A DNA stretch of 64,000 nucleotides from contig JACKEA010000011.1 in assembly GCA_020633235.1 (NCBI GenBank), positions 7,979-71,978 of the forward strand. Reading direction: 5' to 3'. The notes beneath the pieces are model-generated. The model saw nothing but the letters and a program-made list of their open reading frames with translations, did not search any database and was not told the origin of the DNA. Shown one piece after another: positions 1-9,229 of the stretch. Every line of letters begins with the position of its first letter. Position 1 is the stretch's first letter. This DNA comes from Polyangiaceae bacterium (GTDB taxonomy: Bacteria; Myxococcota_A; Polyangia; Polyangiales; Polyangiaceae). The position numbers and the translations under genes are program-made.

Positions 1-12
1 AAATTCCGGGTG

Positions 13-31
13 ATGTTGGTCCGCCGCGGAA
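13..31. repeat. dispersed intergenic motif copy (reverse orientation, 18/19)
   Basis: atgttggtccgccgcggaa is the reverse complement of TTCCGCGGCGGACCaACAT. A possible degenerate partner lies at 81-97. Confidence 0.55.
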
Positions 32-118
32 CCACTCTTTGAAGGGGCGCGGAAGTGGGCAGAGCGAAGAGTGGGCGGCAATTGCGGGCGCCGACATGCG
101 GGGCTACCGTCAACGTCA

Positions 119-445
119 GTGAAGGCCGAGCTCGAGCTTCGTTGGGAAACGGATCGGGTGGTGCTGGCTCGGCACGACCAGGTCGTTGGCAGCGCGCGCT
201 GGGTCGGCGGGAAGCTGTCGGAACGCGAGGGTGCCCTCTCGCCCGAGGAATGGCGGGAGCTCGAGGTCAGGATCCGCGACAGCGCCACCGAGGACGTGGA
301 CAAGAGCTTCGAGCATGCCTACGACTCGCGCGGAGTCGACGTGACTCAGATCGACCGCATGCTGGAGCGTACACCCGCCGAGCGATTGCGGTGGTTCGAT
401 GCGGCACGCCGTTCCGTCGCCGCGCTCAGCCAAGATGCCCGCTGA
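119..445 (+). CDS. small hypothetical protein, first gene of a two-gene cassette with a nucleotidyltransferase-fold protein
   Basis: In-frame part of ORF 71..445. I placed the start at GTG 119 because nt 81-97 resemble a copy of the dispersed intergenic repeat. Its TGA (443-445) overlaps the ATG (434) of the next gene. Confidence 0.45.
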   Translation: MKAELELRWETDRVVLARHDQVVGSARWVGGKLSEREGALSPEEWRELEVRIRDSATEDVDKSFEHAYDSRGVDVTQIDRMLERTPAERLRWFDAARRSVAALSQDAR

Positions 446-914
446 CACCGTTGCGCTGCTTCGGACCCTCGCGCTCCACAAGGTGGACCACATCGTCGTC
501 GGGATGACCGCAGGGGTCCTGCAGGGCGCACCGGTCATCACCCTGGACGTCGATATCCTCTACGCTCGCACGCCGACGAACATAGCTCGCCTCGCCGCGG
601 CGCTGAGCGAGGTGAACGCCCGGTTCCGTGGCGATCCGCGTCAAATCGTGCCCAACGTGTCTCACTTGGAATCCATGGGACACAAGCTGCTCGAAACCGA
701 TCACGGGGATCTCGACGTCCTGGGCACTATCGACGAGTCGGCGGAGTACGCGGACTTGCTCGAGGACACCGTCACGGTGGACGTGGAGGGCATGAAGATC
801 GCCGTGCTGTCGCTGGCGCGCCTGATCGAGATCAAAGAACGAGCTGGCCGTCCGAAGGACTTGGCGGTGCTTCCGGTCCTGCGCTCCACGCTCGAGCGCG
901 CGCAACGCAAGTAG
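434..914 (+). CDS. minimal nucleotidyltransferase-fold protein (MNT/AbiEii-like, toxin-antitoxin type)
   Basis: ORF 399..914 with ATG at 434 (MPADTVALL...). VGMTAGVLQGAPVITLDVDIL matches the Gly-rich loop plus DxD of pol-beta-type nucleotidyltransferases. The C-terminal IEIKERAGRPKDL motif is typical of this family. Confidence 0.65.
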
Positions 915-929
915 TCACCGTGCTGACGG

Positions 930-948
930 TACCGCGGCGGACCAACAA
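930..948. repeat. dispersed intergenic motif copy (16/19)
   Basis: taccgcggcggaccaacaa lies in the 40-nt gap between convergent genes. Confidence 0.45.
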
Positions 949-954
949 ACAAAT

Positions 955-3918
955 TCAGAAGGCGCTGGAGACGACGACGTAGGTCTGGCCGCCGCTGACG
1001 GCTTCGGAGTCGGTGCCGCGAGCGTGGCCGATGCGGACGTTGCCGCGACCGTAGTAGCCGAGCACGAGATCGAACCAGAGCTCCGCGCCCACACCCAGGT
1101 GGTAGAGGTCGAAGGGCTTTTCGAGGTCCATCTGGTTGAAGGCGCCGCCGTAGTCGGCGAACACGGAGCCGCTGATGGTGCGCAGGAACACCGGCAAGGT
1201 GCTGATGCCGCGATCGGCGTACAGGATCGGGAAGCGATACTCGGCGTTCAGCAGGTTGAACTGCGTGCCGATGAACTGCGCCGGTTGGTAGCCGCGGAGC
1301 ACGAAGGCGCTCTGGTACACGCCATCAGTGAAGGCATCGAGCACCGGTAGGTCCACGAAGCCTCCGGCGAAGAACAGACCACGGCGCGGATAGGTGCCCA
1401 CGGCGGCGCCGCCGGAGAGGGCCGCGGCGATCACGTGGTGGTCGGCCCAGGGCATCGGCAAGTAGCCGGTGGCGCGCCCGGTGAAGGAGGTGAGCGTGTC
1501 GTCGCTGCCGGTCTCTTCGCCGGCGAAGTCGGCGCCCAACGCCAGGGTGAAGCCGCGCTCGGGGCCGATGCCGTACACGGTGCCGTCGGCGTTGGAGTAG
1601 AAGTAGCCGAGGCTCACTTGCCCCAAGAAGCCGCGATGCGGATCGCGGGTGACCTGCGCGTAGGGATCGCCGAGGGTGCCCACCGGCAGGTCGGAGTCGA
1701 ACTTCATCGCGGTGTAGCTGAGGTTCAAGAACTGCGCGTCGAACTCGCCCGGGATCGAGTAGCCGATGCCCGTGCGGGCTCCGATCTGCCGCTCCACGAA
1801 CACCGGCTGGTGGTCGCCGTAGCGGTAACCGGTGCGAGGCGCCACGCGGCGAAAGAGCGAAGCGGAGAAGTCGAAGGGCAAACGGCGATAGGCGTAGGCC
1901 GCGCTGCCGCTCACTTCGCCCTGGTCCGGCGACTCCACCAAGAGAGAGAGCGCGAAGGCGTGGTGTCCGACGATGTCGGAGCCGCGGGTGATGATGCTCA
2001 GGGCGTCGCCGAAGGTGCCGGGGCCGAGCTTGAGCTCATAGGCGCGCGGGCGAAGCGTGGGGAGCGGATTGTACTCTTCGACGGGGTAGTGGCGGCGTGG
2101 TGGATCGGGATGCGGGATCGGTCGCGGGCCGGGGGGCGGCGGCGCCTTCAGGTAGCGCGCGGCGTCGAGCGGCATGCTGAACAGGTCGAAGCCGTCGGCG
2201 GTGTAGCCAATGTAGAACAGCGTGCGTCCGTCCGGCGTGACCTCGGGCATGAAGGCGCCGGTCTTCACGTTGGTGACCATCGAGAGCTTGCCGCTCTCGA
2301 TCTCGTACACGTAGATGTTCGAGATGCCGGTTCTGTCGGAAGAAAAAAAGACGCGCTTCCCATCCGGTGAAAAGGTTGGTTGTTGGTCCAACGCGGTATC
2401 CCGCGTGACCTGGTAAAAGCGTCCGCTGTTCACGTCGACCACACGCACGTCGCGGTAGCCACCCGCGGTCCAGGCGCTGTACGCGACGCTCTGCCCGTCC
2501 GGCGAGAAGCGCGGCGTGAAGGCTTGCTCGTAGCGGGCGCTGGGCACCAGCGTGCGCTGCCGCACGATGCGGCCTTCCGTGGTGATCTCGGCGATTTGCA
2601 GCGTGCTCGTGCCGGCGTGGTTCGTCACGTAGGCGACGTGCCGCCCGTCGGGGCTCACGTCCGGATCGCGCGCGCGGCGTCCCTTCGTGAGGCGCTGCCG
2701 GCTCTTGGAAAGCCCGCGGGGCGCCGTCGTCCCCTTGGGCTGCCGGAACAGGTCATTGAAATAGTAACGTCGCTCCGACGGCGCCACGCTGTCGAACACG
2801 AAGCCGCAGCTCGGCTCATAGCTCGCCACGCGTCCCGCGCTCTTGCTGACGATCTCCGCGTCGCTCTCGTCGGCGCGATCCCGCGCGTCGAGGGGCACGC
2901 GGTAAAAGCCCGGCGGGGTGTCGCCGTCGTCGCGGTAGTAGAGCACCTCTTCGCGGCTGCCCGCGCGGGCGCACGCTGGAACGAAGCGCGGGCTCGACGC
3001 CACTCGGCCGCGATGCGTGAGGCGCGTCCCTTCGCGCAGCCCGCGGCGCGCGACCTCCGCCATTTGCCGCCCGTACTTCTGCGATAGGTAATGCTCCCAG
3101 CCCTTGTACAGCTCGGGATACGTCCTGCCCGTGGCGCGCTTGATGGAGCGGTTGACGCCCCAGGGGATCACGTTCGAGCCGTAGTCCGTGGCGACGGCTG
3201 CGAAGGTGTCCGGACCGTACACGTCGGCAATCCAACCGATGAACTTGCCGCCGTACAGGTACCAGAGGTTGCCGCTGGGCCAACGGCGGGCGGGGTTGCT
3301 GATCTGATCCAGGCGCGCGAGGCGGTTTTCGAGCACGTCGGCGCGGAGGTACATGTCGAACTGCGACGAACGCAGACGCCCGCCACCCGTGTGCTCGCTC
3401 TCCAGCGCCACCGCCAGGCCCTCCAGGATCCACCGCGGCTGGGCTTGGTTGGGCGCGTAGGTCTTGCCCAGGATCGAGTTGAGGATGGCCGGAATGCCGC
3501 TGATGTTGTCGACGTGCAGGATGTGCACGTACTCGTGGGTGATGAGCTCGCTCAGCCAGTCGTCGTAGTCACCCAGCGGCGACATGTCGTCCGGCGCGCT
3601 GACGAACAAGCGCACCGCGTTGTACGGCAGTGCCGTGGCAGAGCCATTGGCGGAGTCCGTCACGTCCGTGAGCAGCACCTCGGTGACCTCGCTGGGCTCC
3701 CAGGCGAGCTCCGGCACCAGCCGGCGATAGACGGCTTCGCCCAACGTGGCGACGCGCTGCGCCGGTACCTCGAGCCCGCTGTGATAGGTCACGCGGAAGT
3801 GCGGAGACTTCACCGTGTACCACTCGAGGTACGGATCTCCGGCACGCGCCGGCGCGGCCACGGCGGACAGCGCCAGCCCGACGAGTGCCGCTAGACCAGT
3901 GCGGCGCGCCGAGTTCAT
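955..3918 (-). CDS. outer-membrane protein: HExxH metallopeptidase-like region + TolB-type beta-propeller repeats + Omp85/bacterial surface antigen beta-barrel
   Basis: 987-aa ORF with a signal peptide (LALSAVAAPARA). It has an HEYVH zinc motif and repeated SPDG/TPDG propeller blades (SPDGRHVAYV, FSPDGQSVAYS, FSPDGKRVFFSSDRTG, TPDGRTLFYIGY). The C-terminal barrel ends in ...VVVSSAF (terminal aromatic). Confidence 0.85.
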   Translation of the reverse strand: MNSARRTGLAALVGLALSAVAAPARAGDPYLEWYTVKSPHFRVTYHSGLEVPAQRVATLGEAVYRRLVPELAWEPSEVTEVLLTDVTDSANGSATALPYNAVRLFVSAPDDMSPLGDYDDWLSELITHEYVHILHVDNISGIPAILNSILGKTYAPNQAQPRWILEGLAVALESEHTGGGRLRSSQFDMYLRADVLENRLARLDQISNPARRWPSGNLWYLYGGKFIGWIADVYGPDTFAAVATDYGSNVIPWGVNRSIKRATGRTYPELYKGWEHYLSQKYGRQMAEVARRGLREGTRLTHRGRVASSPRFVPACARAGSREEVLYYRDDGDTPPGFYRVPLDARDRADESDAEIVSKSAGRVASYEPSCGFVFDSVAPSERRYYFNDLFRQPKGTTAPRGLSKSRQRLTKGRRARDPDVSPDGRHVAYVTNHAGTSTLQIAEITTEGRIVRQRTLVPSARYEQAFTPRFSPDGQSVAYSAWTAGGYRDVRVVDVNSGRFYQVTRDTALDQQPTFSPDGKRVFFSSDRTGISNIYVYEIESGKLSMVTNVKTGAFMPEVTPDGRTLFYIGYTADGFDLFSMPLDAARYLKAPPPPGPRPIPHPDPPRRHYPVEEYNPLPTLRPRAYELKLGPGTFGDALSIITRGSDIVGHHAFALSLLVESPDQGEVSGSAAYAYRRLPFDFSASLFRRVAPRTGYRYGDHQPVFVERQIGARTGIGYSIPGEFDAQFLNLSYTAMKFDSDLPVGTLGDPYAQVTRDPHRGFLGQVSLGYFYSNADGTVYGIGPERGFTLALGADFAGEETGSDDTLTSFTGRATGYLPMPWADHHVIAAALSGGAAVGTYPRRGLFFAGGFVDLPVLDAFTDGVYQSAFVLRGYQPAQFIGTQFNLLNAEYRFPILYADRGISTLPVFLRTISGSVFADYGGAFNQMDLEKPFDLYHLGVGAELWFDLVLGYYGRGNVRIGHARGTDSEAVSGGQTYVVVSSAF

Positions 3919-3953
3919 GATCGAGAGCGCATCCGCCGCGCGTTATTCCTTGA

Positions 3954-5063
3954 TCACAAGTCGTCGTGGAACAGCGGCTCGCGATTGCGAACGTAGCGGT
4001 ACACGAGCTGACGGCCTTCCGGAGAGATCTGGGTGAACTTGGCTCCGAATCCCGGGGGAGCCTCTACGCCCGCCGAGGAGTTCGGCGCCTCTCGCGTCCA
4101 CTCCACCACCGCCAGCGCTTCGAACTCGTAGCCGCCCGGAAGCGTGACGTGGATGGCGATGGTCTCGCCCAGATTGGGGATTTGGTAGGTGGCGACGAAG
4201 ATGCCACCAGAGTCGATCACGTCGTTGCCGCTCAGCCCCTTGTAGAAGTTGGTCGGACTGTGGGCGCCGAGGTTCGCCTCCAGACGTTTGGTGCCCGGCG
4301 GGACCTGGATCGGCTGGGCCGGACCCGGGGCGGCCTGAGGGTGCGAGCCCATGGCGGCTTGAGGGTGGGAGCCTGGATGCGAGCCCATGGCGGGCGCCGG
4401 CTGTTGCTGGGGTTGCGGCCAGGCTTGCTGGGGCTGCTGCCAACCTTGCTGTTGCGGCGGGGGCCCGTAGTTGGCCTGCGGCTGCGGCGCGGCCTGCGGC
4501 TGCGGCGCGGCCTGCGGCGCGGCGAAAGCCTGTTGTTGCGGCGGCGCGCCCCAACCCGCAGCCGGCTGAGGTTGCTGCGGCCCTGGATCCATCATCGCGG
4601 TCCCGCCCAGCGCGAAGCCCGCCTGAGGGGGCTGCGCGACGGGTTGCGGCGGCGCGACGGGTTGGGGCTGCGCGATGGGTTGCGCCTGCGGCGCGGGTTG
4701 CGGTTGCGGCGCGGGCTGTTGCGGAACGGGTTGCGTCGCCGGTCCCTGGAACTGCGACAGCGAGTGCACCATCCCCAGAGAGCCGGCCACCGCCTCCGTC
4801 GCCTGTTCGACGGCCGGGTGTCCGCTGCCGGCGTGAGCTTGGAGCATGGCAAGAGCGCGCCGCACGGCGTCGAGCGCCTGCGGTGCGGCTTCTCCCAAGG
4901 CGGCGCCGCTGGAAGCTTCGATCCGATGCAATGAGCTCATCGCTGCTGCCACGGGCTCGGCAACTCCACCTAGATCATTGGGTAGGCCGGGCGTCTGCAG
5001 CGCGTTCAAGCCGCGGGCCAAGCTTTCCCGGGCGGTCTTTGCCAGCGTGATCGGATCGCTCAT
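3954..5063 (-). CDS. PilZ-domain protein (myxobacterial TIGR02266-type) with long Pro/Gln-rich linker
   Basis: The C-terminal ~110 aa (GGIFVATYQIPNLGETIAIHVTLPGG...VVEWTRE...PPGFGAKF...REPLFHDD) match the TIGR02266 PilZ pattern as I remember it. The central part is a PQ-rich low-complexity region. Confidence 0.75.
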   Translation of the reverse strand: MSDPITLAKTARESLARGLNALQTPGLPNDLGGVAEPVAAAMSSLHRIEASSGAALGEAAPQALDAVRRALAMLQAHAGSGHPAVEQATEAVAGSLGMVHSLSQFQGPATQPVPQQPAPQPQPAPQAQPIAQPQPVAPPQPVAQPPQAGFALGGTAMMDPGPQQPQPAAGWGAPPQQQAFAAPQAAPQPQAAPQPQANYGPPPQQQGWQQPQQAWPQPQQQPAPAMGSHPGSHPQAAMGSHPQAAPGPAQPIQVPPGTKRLEANLGAHSPTNFYKGLSGNDVIDSGGIFVATYQIPNLGETIAIHVTLPGGYEFEALAVVEWTREAPNSSAGVEAPPGFGAKFTQISPEGRQLVYRYVRNREPLFHDDL

Positions 5064-5085
5064 TCAGAATTCCTCCGTGGCGGCG

Positions 5086-5985
5086 TCAGTCTAACACCAC
5101 GTCCTTGCGGGACGCGATCGCGTGAACGACCTCTTTTCCCGAAAGGATCTGGTCGTTTTCGGCCAGCGTGGCTCGATTCACCCGAATCGCCCCGTCGCCG
5201 GTGCGGATGACCAGGTGCAGTGGCTCTCCCCACAGCGCAGCTTCGCCCGCTTCGAGGGCGGAGGGGAAGTCCTTCGCCGCCTCCGCCCGCGTCACGAACA
5301 GGGGGGTATCCCGCACCTCCACGGCGAGCCCCGGGTCGGGGCTCAGCGCTCGGATGCGGCGCAAGACACGGTCCGTGGGCCACGCCCAATCGACCCGCAG
5401 CAGCGGACCGTCCGGCTCCGGAGCCCAGCTGACCTGGGCGGGATCCTGGGCTCGCCCGCGGAGCACTTCGCCCTTCGAGATCCGTGTGACGACATCGCGC
5501 AACGCTGCGAGAGAGGGGCGATCCAGTGCTCGGGCGAGCTGCCAGGAGTCCATCTCCGCTACCGGCAGGGTCCGCTGCTCCAGAACCTCACCCGCGTCGT
5601 ACTCCGACTCGAGGCGATGAACGCTCACGCCAGTCAGCGGGTCGCCCGCGTCGATGGCCCAGAAGAAGGGATTGGGGCCGCGATGGCGAGGCAAGAGGGA
5701 CGGATGTACGCCAATGGCGGGAGCCCGAGCCAGCCACTCGATGGGCAGCTTCCGCGTCCAGAACCAGCTGACCACCAGATCCGGCCCGTGCTCGTCGAAC
5801 AACGCTTCCACCCGGGCAGAGGGCTCCTCTCGGGCGGCGGACACCACCCGCTGGTCCCCGAGGAGGCGGGTCAGGCGGCGTTCGCCTGGTGCGGCGACCG
5901 GCGAGAGGACTGCAAAAACCACCTCGTGGCCGTCCCGAGCCAAGAGCAGCGCCGCCAGCGGCAGGCCGAAGACCGCGATTTTCAC
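5086..5985 (-). CDS. formyltransferase family protein (methionyl-tRNA formyltransferase-like)
   Basis: This is the 3' 300 codons of track ORF 5086..6726, starting at GTG 5985 (VKIAVFG...). It carries the HPSLLPRHRGPNP motif and an Fmt-like C-terminal domain. The upstream part of the track ORF is antisense to ftsE. Confidence 0.75.
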   Translation of the reverse strand: MKIAVFGLPLAALLLARDGHEVVFAVLSPVAAPGERRLTRLLGDQRVVSAAREEPSARVEALFDEHGPDLVVSWFWTRKLPIEWLARAPAIGVHPSLLPRHRGPNPFFWAIDAGDPLTGVSVHRLESEYDAGEVLEQRTLPVAEMDSWQLARALDRPSLAALRDVVTRISKGEVLRGRAQDPAQVSWAPEPDGPLLRVDWAWPTDRVLRRIRALSPDPGLAVEVRDTPLFVTRAEAAKDFPSALEAGEAALWGEPLHLVIRTGDGAIRVNRATLAENDQILSGKEVVHAIASRKDVVLD

Positions 5986-6054
5986 GCCGTGGGGTGATAC
6001 CCCGGAAGCGCCGAAAAGTTGTTCGGATTTCGCGCACGCTGTTACCTCGGCTCC

Positions 6055-6834
6055 ATGGAGACTGGGGCCACCAGCCGGGGTTTCCGCCCGGTGCTGCGTG
6101 CCGGCGACAAGCGCTTCGATCCCCTCGCCGCGCGACGGCCAATCCTGGTCTTCGAGGACGTCCACAAGGCCTACCGCGCCGATGCGCCGGTGCTGCGTGG
6201 TCTGAACCTCGAGATCCAGCGCGGGGAGTTCGTGTTCATCACCGGGCCCTCCGGCGCGGGAAAGAGCACGTTGCTTCGCCTCTTGTACGCATCGGAGTTC
6301 GTCGACGCCGGGCGCATCCTGTTCATGGGGCGGGAAGTGGGGCGCCTCACCGGCGATTCCGTTCCCTTTCTGCGCCGGAACATCGGCATCGTGTTCCAGG
6401 ACTTCAAGTTGGTTCCCAACTGGTCCGTGTTGGAGAACGTGGCCATGCCCCTCGAGGTGCTGGGGCTCTCCTCTCGCATGATCCGCAAGCGGGTGGGCGA
6501 AGCCCTCGAGCGCGTGGGCCTGGGTGGCCGCGGGCCGGACCGAGCCGGCGCGCTTTCCGGGGGTGAGCAACAGCGCGTGGCGATCGCCCGGGCCATCGTC
6601 GGGGAGCCGGCCTTGGTGCTCGCGGACGAGCCCACGGGGAATCTCGATCCGCAGCTGGCCATCGACATCTTGGGGCTGTTCGAAGACATCCACGAGACCG
6701 GCGTCACGGTCCTGTTCGCGACCCACGACCGCTCGCTCCTGGACGTGCGTCCCCGGCGCGTCGTGGTGCTGGACGAAGGCAAGGCCACGGACGTCCCAGA
6801 CGGGCTGGAACGACTCGGCCGGAAGGTGGCGTGA
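6055..6834 (+). CDS. ftsE: cell-division ABC transporter ATP-binding protein FtsE
   Basis: Walker A GPSGAGKST, signature LSGGEQQRV, Walker B LVLADEPT, and typical FtsE length. It is followed by ftsX with a GTGATGA start/stop overlap. The start could instead be 6019. Confidence 0.9.
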   Translation: METGATSRGFRPVLRAGDKRFDPLAARRPILVFEDVHKAYRADAPVLRGLNLEIQRGEFVFITGPSGAGKSTLLRLLYASEFVDAGRILFMGREVGRLTGDSVPFLRRNIGIVFQDFKLVPNWSVLENVAMPLEVLGLSSRMIRKRVGEALERVGLGGRGPDRAGALSGGEQQRVAIARAIVGEPALVLADEPTGNLDPQLAIDILGLFEDIHETGVTVLFATHDRSLLDVRPRRVVVLDEGKATDVPDGLERLGRKVA

Positions 6835-7703
6835 TGACTCCCATCGAACGAGCGTGGCGCGGCAGCCGAAATGACTGGCGGCTGCACCTGCTCAGCATCT
6901 TCTCCGTCGCCGTCGCCTTCGTGTGTCTCGCGAGCGCGCTGCTCGTCGTGGTGAACGTCCACGGTGTGCAAGCTCGCTGGGCCGAGAGCGGCCGCGCTTC
7001 CGTGTACCTGACTCCAGAGGCGACTCCGGAGCAGATCCAGGCCATCCAGTCCGCACTGCGCGCGACTCAGGGCGTGACGGACGTCCACTTCGTGAGCAGC
7101 GAGGACGCGCGCCGCGAGGTCGTGGGCGAATCCGACAGTGACGTGCTCGCCGCCCTGCCCGCCGAGGCGTTCCCCGCCTCTTTGGAGGTGCACTTGGCGG
7201 ATGACGACCAATCGACGCGAGTGGGAAAGCTGAGCGCGCAGCTCGACGCGCTTCCCGCGGTGGAATCCGTGGAGACGTACCAGGCCTGGGGTCAGCGCTT
7301 GGGAACACTGCTGGCGGGCGGCGTCACGGCCGCCATCATCCTCGCGATCGTAGTGCTCGCCGCGGTGATCAGCGTGGTGAGCTCCACCATCCGGCTCACG
7401 CTTCAGCGTCGCCGGATCGAAGTGGAGATCCTGAAGCTCGTTGGTGCCACGGACTCCTACGTGCGGCGGCCCTTCGTCGTGGAAGGCGCTGCTCAAGGTG
7501 CCATCGGTGCTGCCCTCGCCATCTTGATTCTCGGCGTGCTGTACGCCGTCGTGCGCGGGCACTTCGACGCGCACCTCGCGGCGCTCCTGGGTGTGGCGCC
7601 CAGCTTTCTCCCCTGGACCGTGGCGCTCGCGATGGTCGCGCTGGGAGGCACTTTGGGTGCCTCGGCGGCCTACGCCAGCCTACGCAAACTCCTGGTCGTG
7701 TGA
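6831..7703 (+). CDS. ftsX: cell-division ABC transporter permease FtsX
   Basis: 290 aa. An N-terminal TM is followed by a periplasmic loop (ASVYLTPEATPEQIQAIQSAL...) and three C-terminal TMs. Its position directly after ftsE supports the call. Confidence 0.85.
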   Translation: MMTPIERAWRGSRNDWRLHLLSIFSVAVAFVCLASALLVVVNVHGVQARWAESGRASVYLTPEATPEQIQAIQSALRATQGVTDVHFVSSEDARREVVGESDSDVLAALPAEAFPASLEVHLADDDQSTRVGKLSAQLDALPAVESVETYQAWGQRLGTLLAGGVTAAIILAIVVLAAVISVVSSTIRLTLQRRRIEVEILKLVGATDSYVRRPFVVEGAAQGAIGAALAILILGVLYAVVRGHFDAHLAALLGVAPSFLPWTVALAMVALGGTLGASAAYASLRKLLVV

Positions 7704-7704
7704 C

Positions 7705-8670
7705 GTGAAGCTCCGGGCCGTCTTCCCTGTGGTCGTCGCCCTCGGCGCCGGGATCGCCGTTCCCGCGTCGGGCCAGGGCTATCCGTCAACCAGGCCCGTC
7801 GCCACGGCGCCGGTGGACGTCGACCGCATGCTCGACGATCTCGACAAGCAGGAGCGGGAGCTGAAGCGTGAGCTCGACGAGCTCGCCAAGGACGCCAAGC
7901 GTGCGCACACACGGACCATCGCTCGGGGGCGTGCCTACGTGCGTCTGGTACGGGCTGGACTGCTGCCCATTGGCGGCGGATTCGAAGCGACGGTGGACCA
8001 CGCGTCGCGCATCGAGCGGCTGCGTCGAGCTTTGGCGCGAGACGTGGAGCTCGAACGCAAAGTGGCGAAGCGTCGCGTCGAGCTCGCCAAGAAGCTCGAT
8101 GACCTGCGCGCACGCCGTGGGCCGCTCGAAGTGCAGCAGCAAGCCATGGCGAAGGCACGCACGGCGCTGTTGGCCGAGAGCGATCGCGCCCTCGCGTTCC
8201 AGCGCGCCTTCGAGAGCAGCGGCCCGGCTCAGCATACCGCCGTCTATGGCGCCGGCGTCGGGCCGAGCGACCCTTCGGAGCTCACCGCGGGGTTTGGCAG
8301 CATGAAGGGGCGGCTCCCCTTCCCGCTGCCAGGGCGCGCGGAGATCCGATCCGCACGGCGCCCCGGAGCCGACGGTCCGGGCCTCGAGATGCGGGTCCCC
8401 CGCGGCTCGCCGGTGCGTGCCGTGTACGCCGGGCGAGTTGCTTTCGCCGACACCTACGCCGCCTACGGCAAGACCGTGATCCTGGATCACGGCGGTGGCT
8501 ACTACACCGTGAGCGCGAACCTCGAAGATCTGCTGGTGAAAGCCGGCGACGAGGTGACCGCCGGTACCCGCATCGCCTCCGTGGGCGACATGGGCCAGGG
8601 CCCGATGCTCTACTTCGAGATCCGGTCGGGGACGGAGACGGTGGACCCCGCCGAGTGGTTCGGGATCTGA
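7705..8670 (+). CDS. M23-family peptidase with coiled-coil N-terminus (EnvC-like murein hydrolase activator)
   Basis: GTG 7705 lies right after the ftsX stop. The protein has a signal peptide, long coiled-coil heptads, and a C-terminal LytM/M23 domain (VILDHGGGYYTVSANL...YFEIR). Confidence 0.8.
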   Translation: MKLRAVFPVVVALGAGIAVPASGQGYPSTRPVATAPVDVDRMLDDLDKQERELKRELDELAKDAKRAHTRTIARGRAYVRLVRAGLLPIGGGFEATVDHASRIERLRRALARDVELERKVAKRRVELAKKLDDLRARRGPLEVQQQAMAKARTALLAESDRALAFQRAFESSGPAQHTAVYGAGVGPSDPSELTAGFGSMKGRLPFPLPGRAEIRSARRPGADGPGLEMRVPRGSPVRAVYAGRVAFADTYAAYGKTVILDHGGGYYTVSANLEDLLVKAGDEVTAGTRIASVGDMGQGPMLYFEIRSGTETVDPAEWFGI

Positions 8671-8742
8671 GCCGCGTTTTTCTCGCAACCGCCCTGAAGC
8701 CTTCGACGAAGGGGGGACGTCCCTTTTCATCGGAGGTATTTC

Positions 8743-9183
8743 ATGTCCACTCGTGTCCAGTCCGGCGGTCCTGCCACCGGCGTCTCCCCCACCACCAGCG
8801 CTCCGCGAGTCACGCCGGCTCCTGCGCGCCCCTTCAAGCAGGTGATGAACGCCAGCGCCGGGGCCATCGTCAACGGCGCGGAAGCTGCCGTGCGGCGCTT
8901 GCCTGGGGGGCCGATCCTCGCCGCCGCCGTGCGTCCCGGTGGTTCCGGCGTCGCCACGGGTGCGGCCTCTTCCACCGCTGAAGGCTCGGCGGGGACTGCC
9001 GGCGTAGCCGGCGCCGGCGGTGGCGGTGTGGAGGACGTGCTCGCGCAGAACGCGGACATGAACATGTACTACCTGGAGCTGCAGGAGCGGATCAGTGCGG
9101 AAAGCCGCGCCTACAGCGCGATGTCCAACGTGCTCAAGGCGCGCCACGACACCGTCAAGAACGCGATCGGTAACATTCGTTGA
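8743..9183 (+). CDS. hypothetical protein; Ala/Gly/Pro-rich N-terminus, C-terminal helix resembling T3SS needle (PrgI/MxiH/YscF) C-termini
   Basis: A strong GGAGG sits 7 nt upstream of the ATG. The C-terminus is ...YSAMSNVLKARHDTVKNAIGNIR, compared with PrgI ...RNAQSNTVKVFKDIDAAIIQNFR (recalled from memory). Confidence 0.55.
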   Translation: MSTRVQSGGPATGVSPTTSAPRVTPAPARPFKQVMNASAGAIVNGAEAAVRRLPGGPILAAAVRPGGSGVATGAASSTAEGSAGTAGVAGAGGGGVEDVLAQNADMNMYYLELQERISAESRAYSAMSNVLKARHDTVKNAIGNIR

Positions 9184-9229
9184 CAGCGTCGGGGGTGCTT
9201 CACCGCCGCAGCTGAGATAGGCTTTTCAC

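Noticed and set aside
5986-6726. N-terminal 247 codons of track ORF 5086..6726
   Set aside because: This part is antisense to ftsE, which has full ABC motifs. The formyltransferase homology only starts at GTG 5985.
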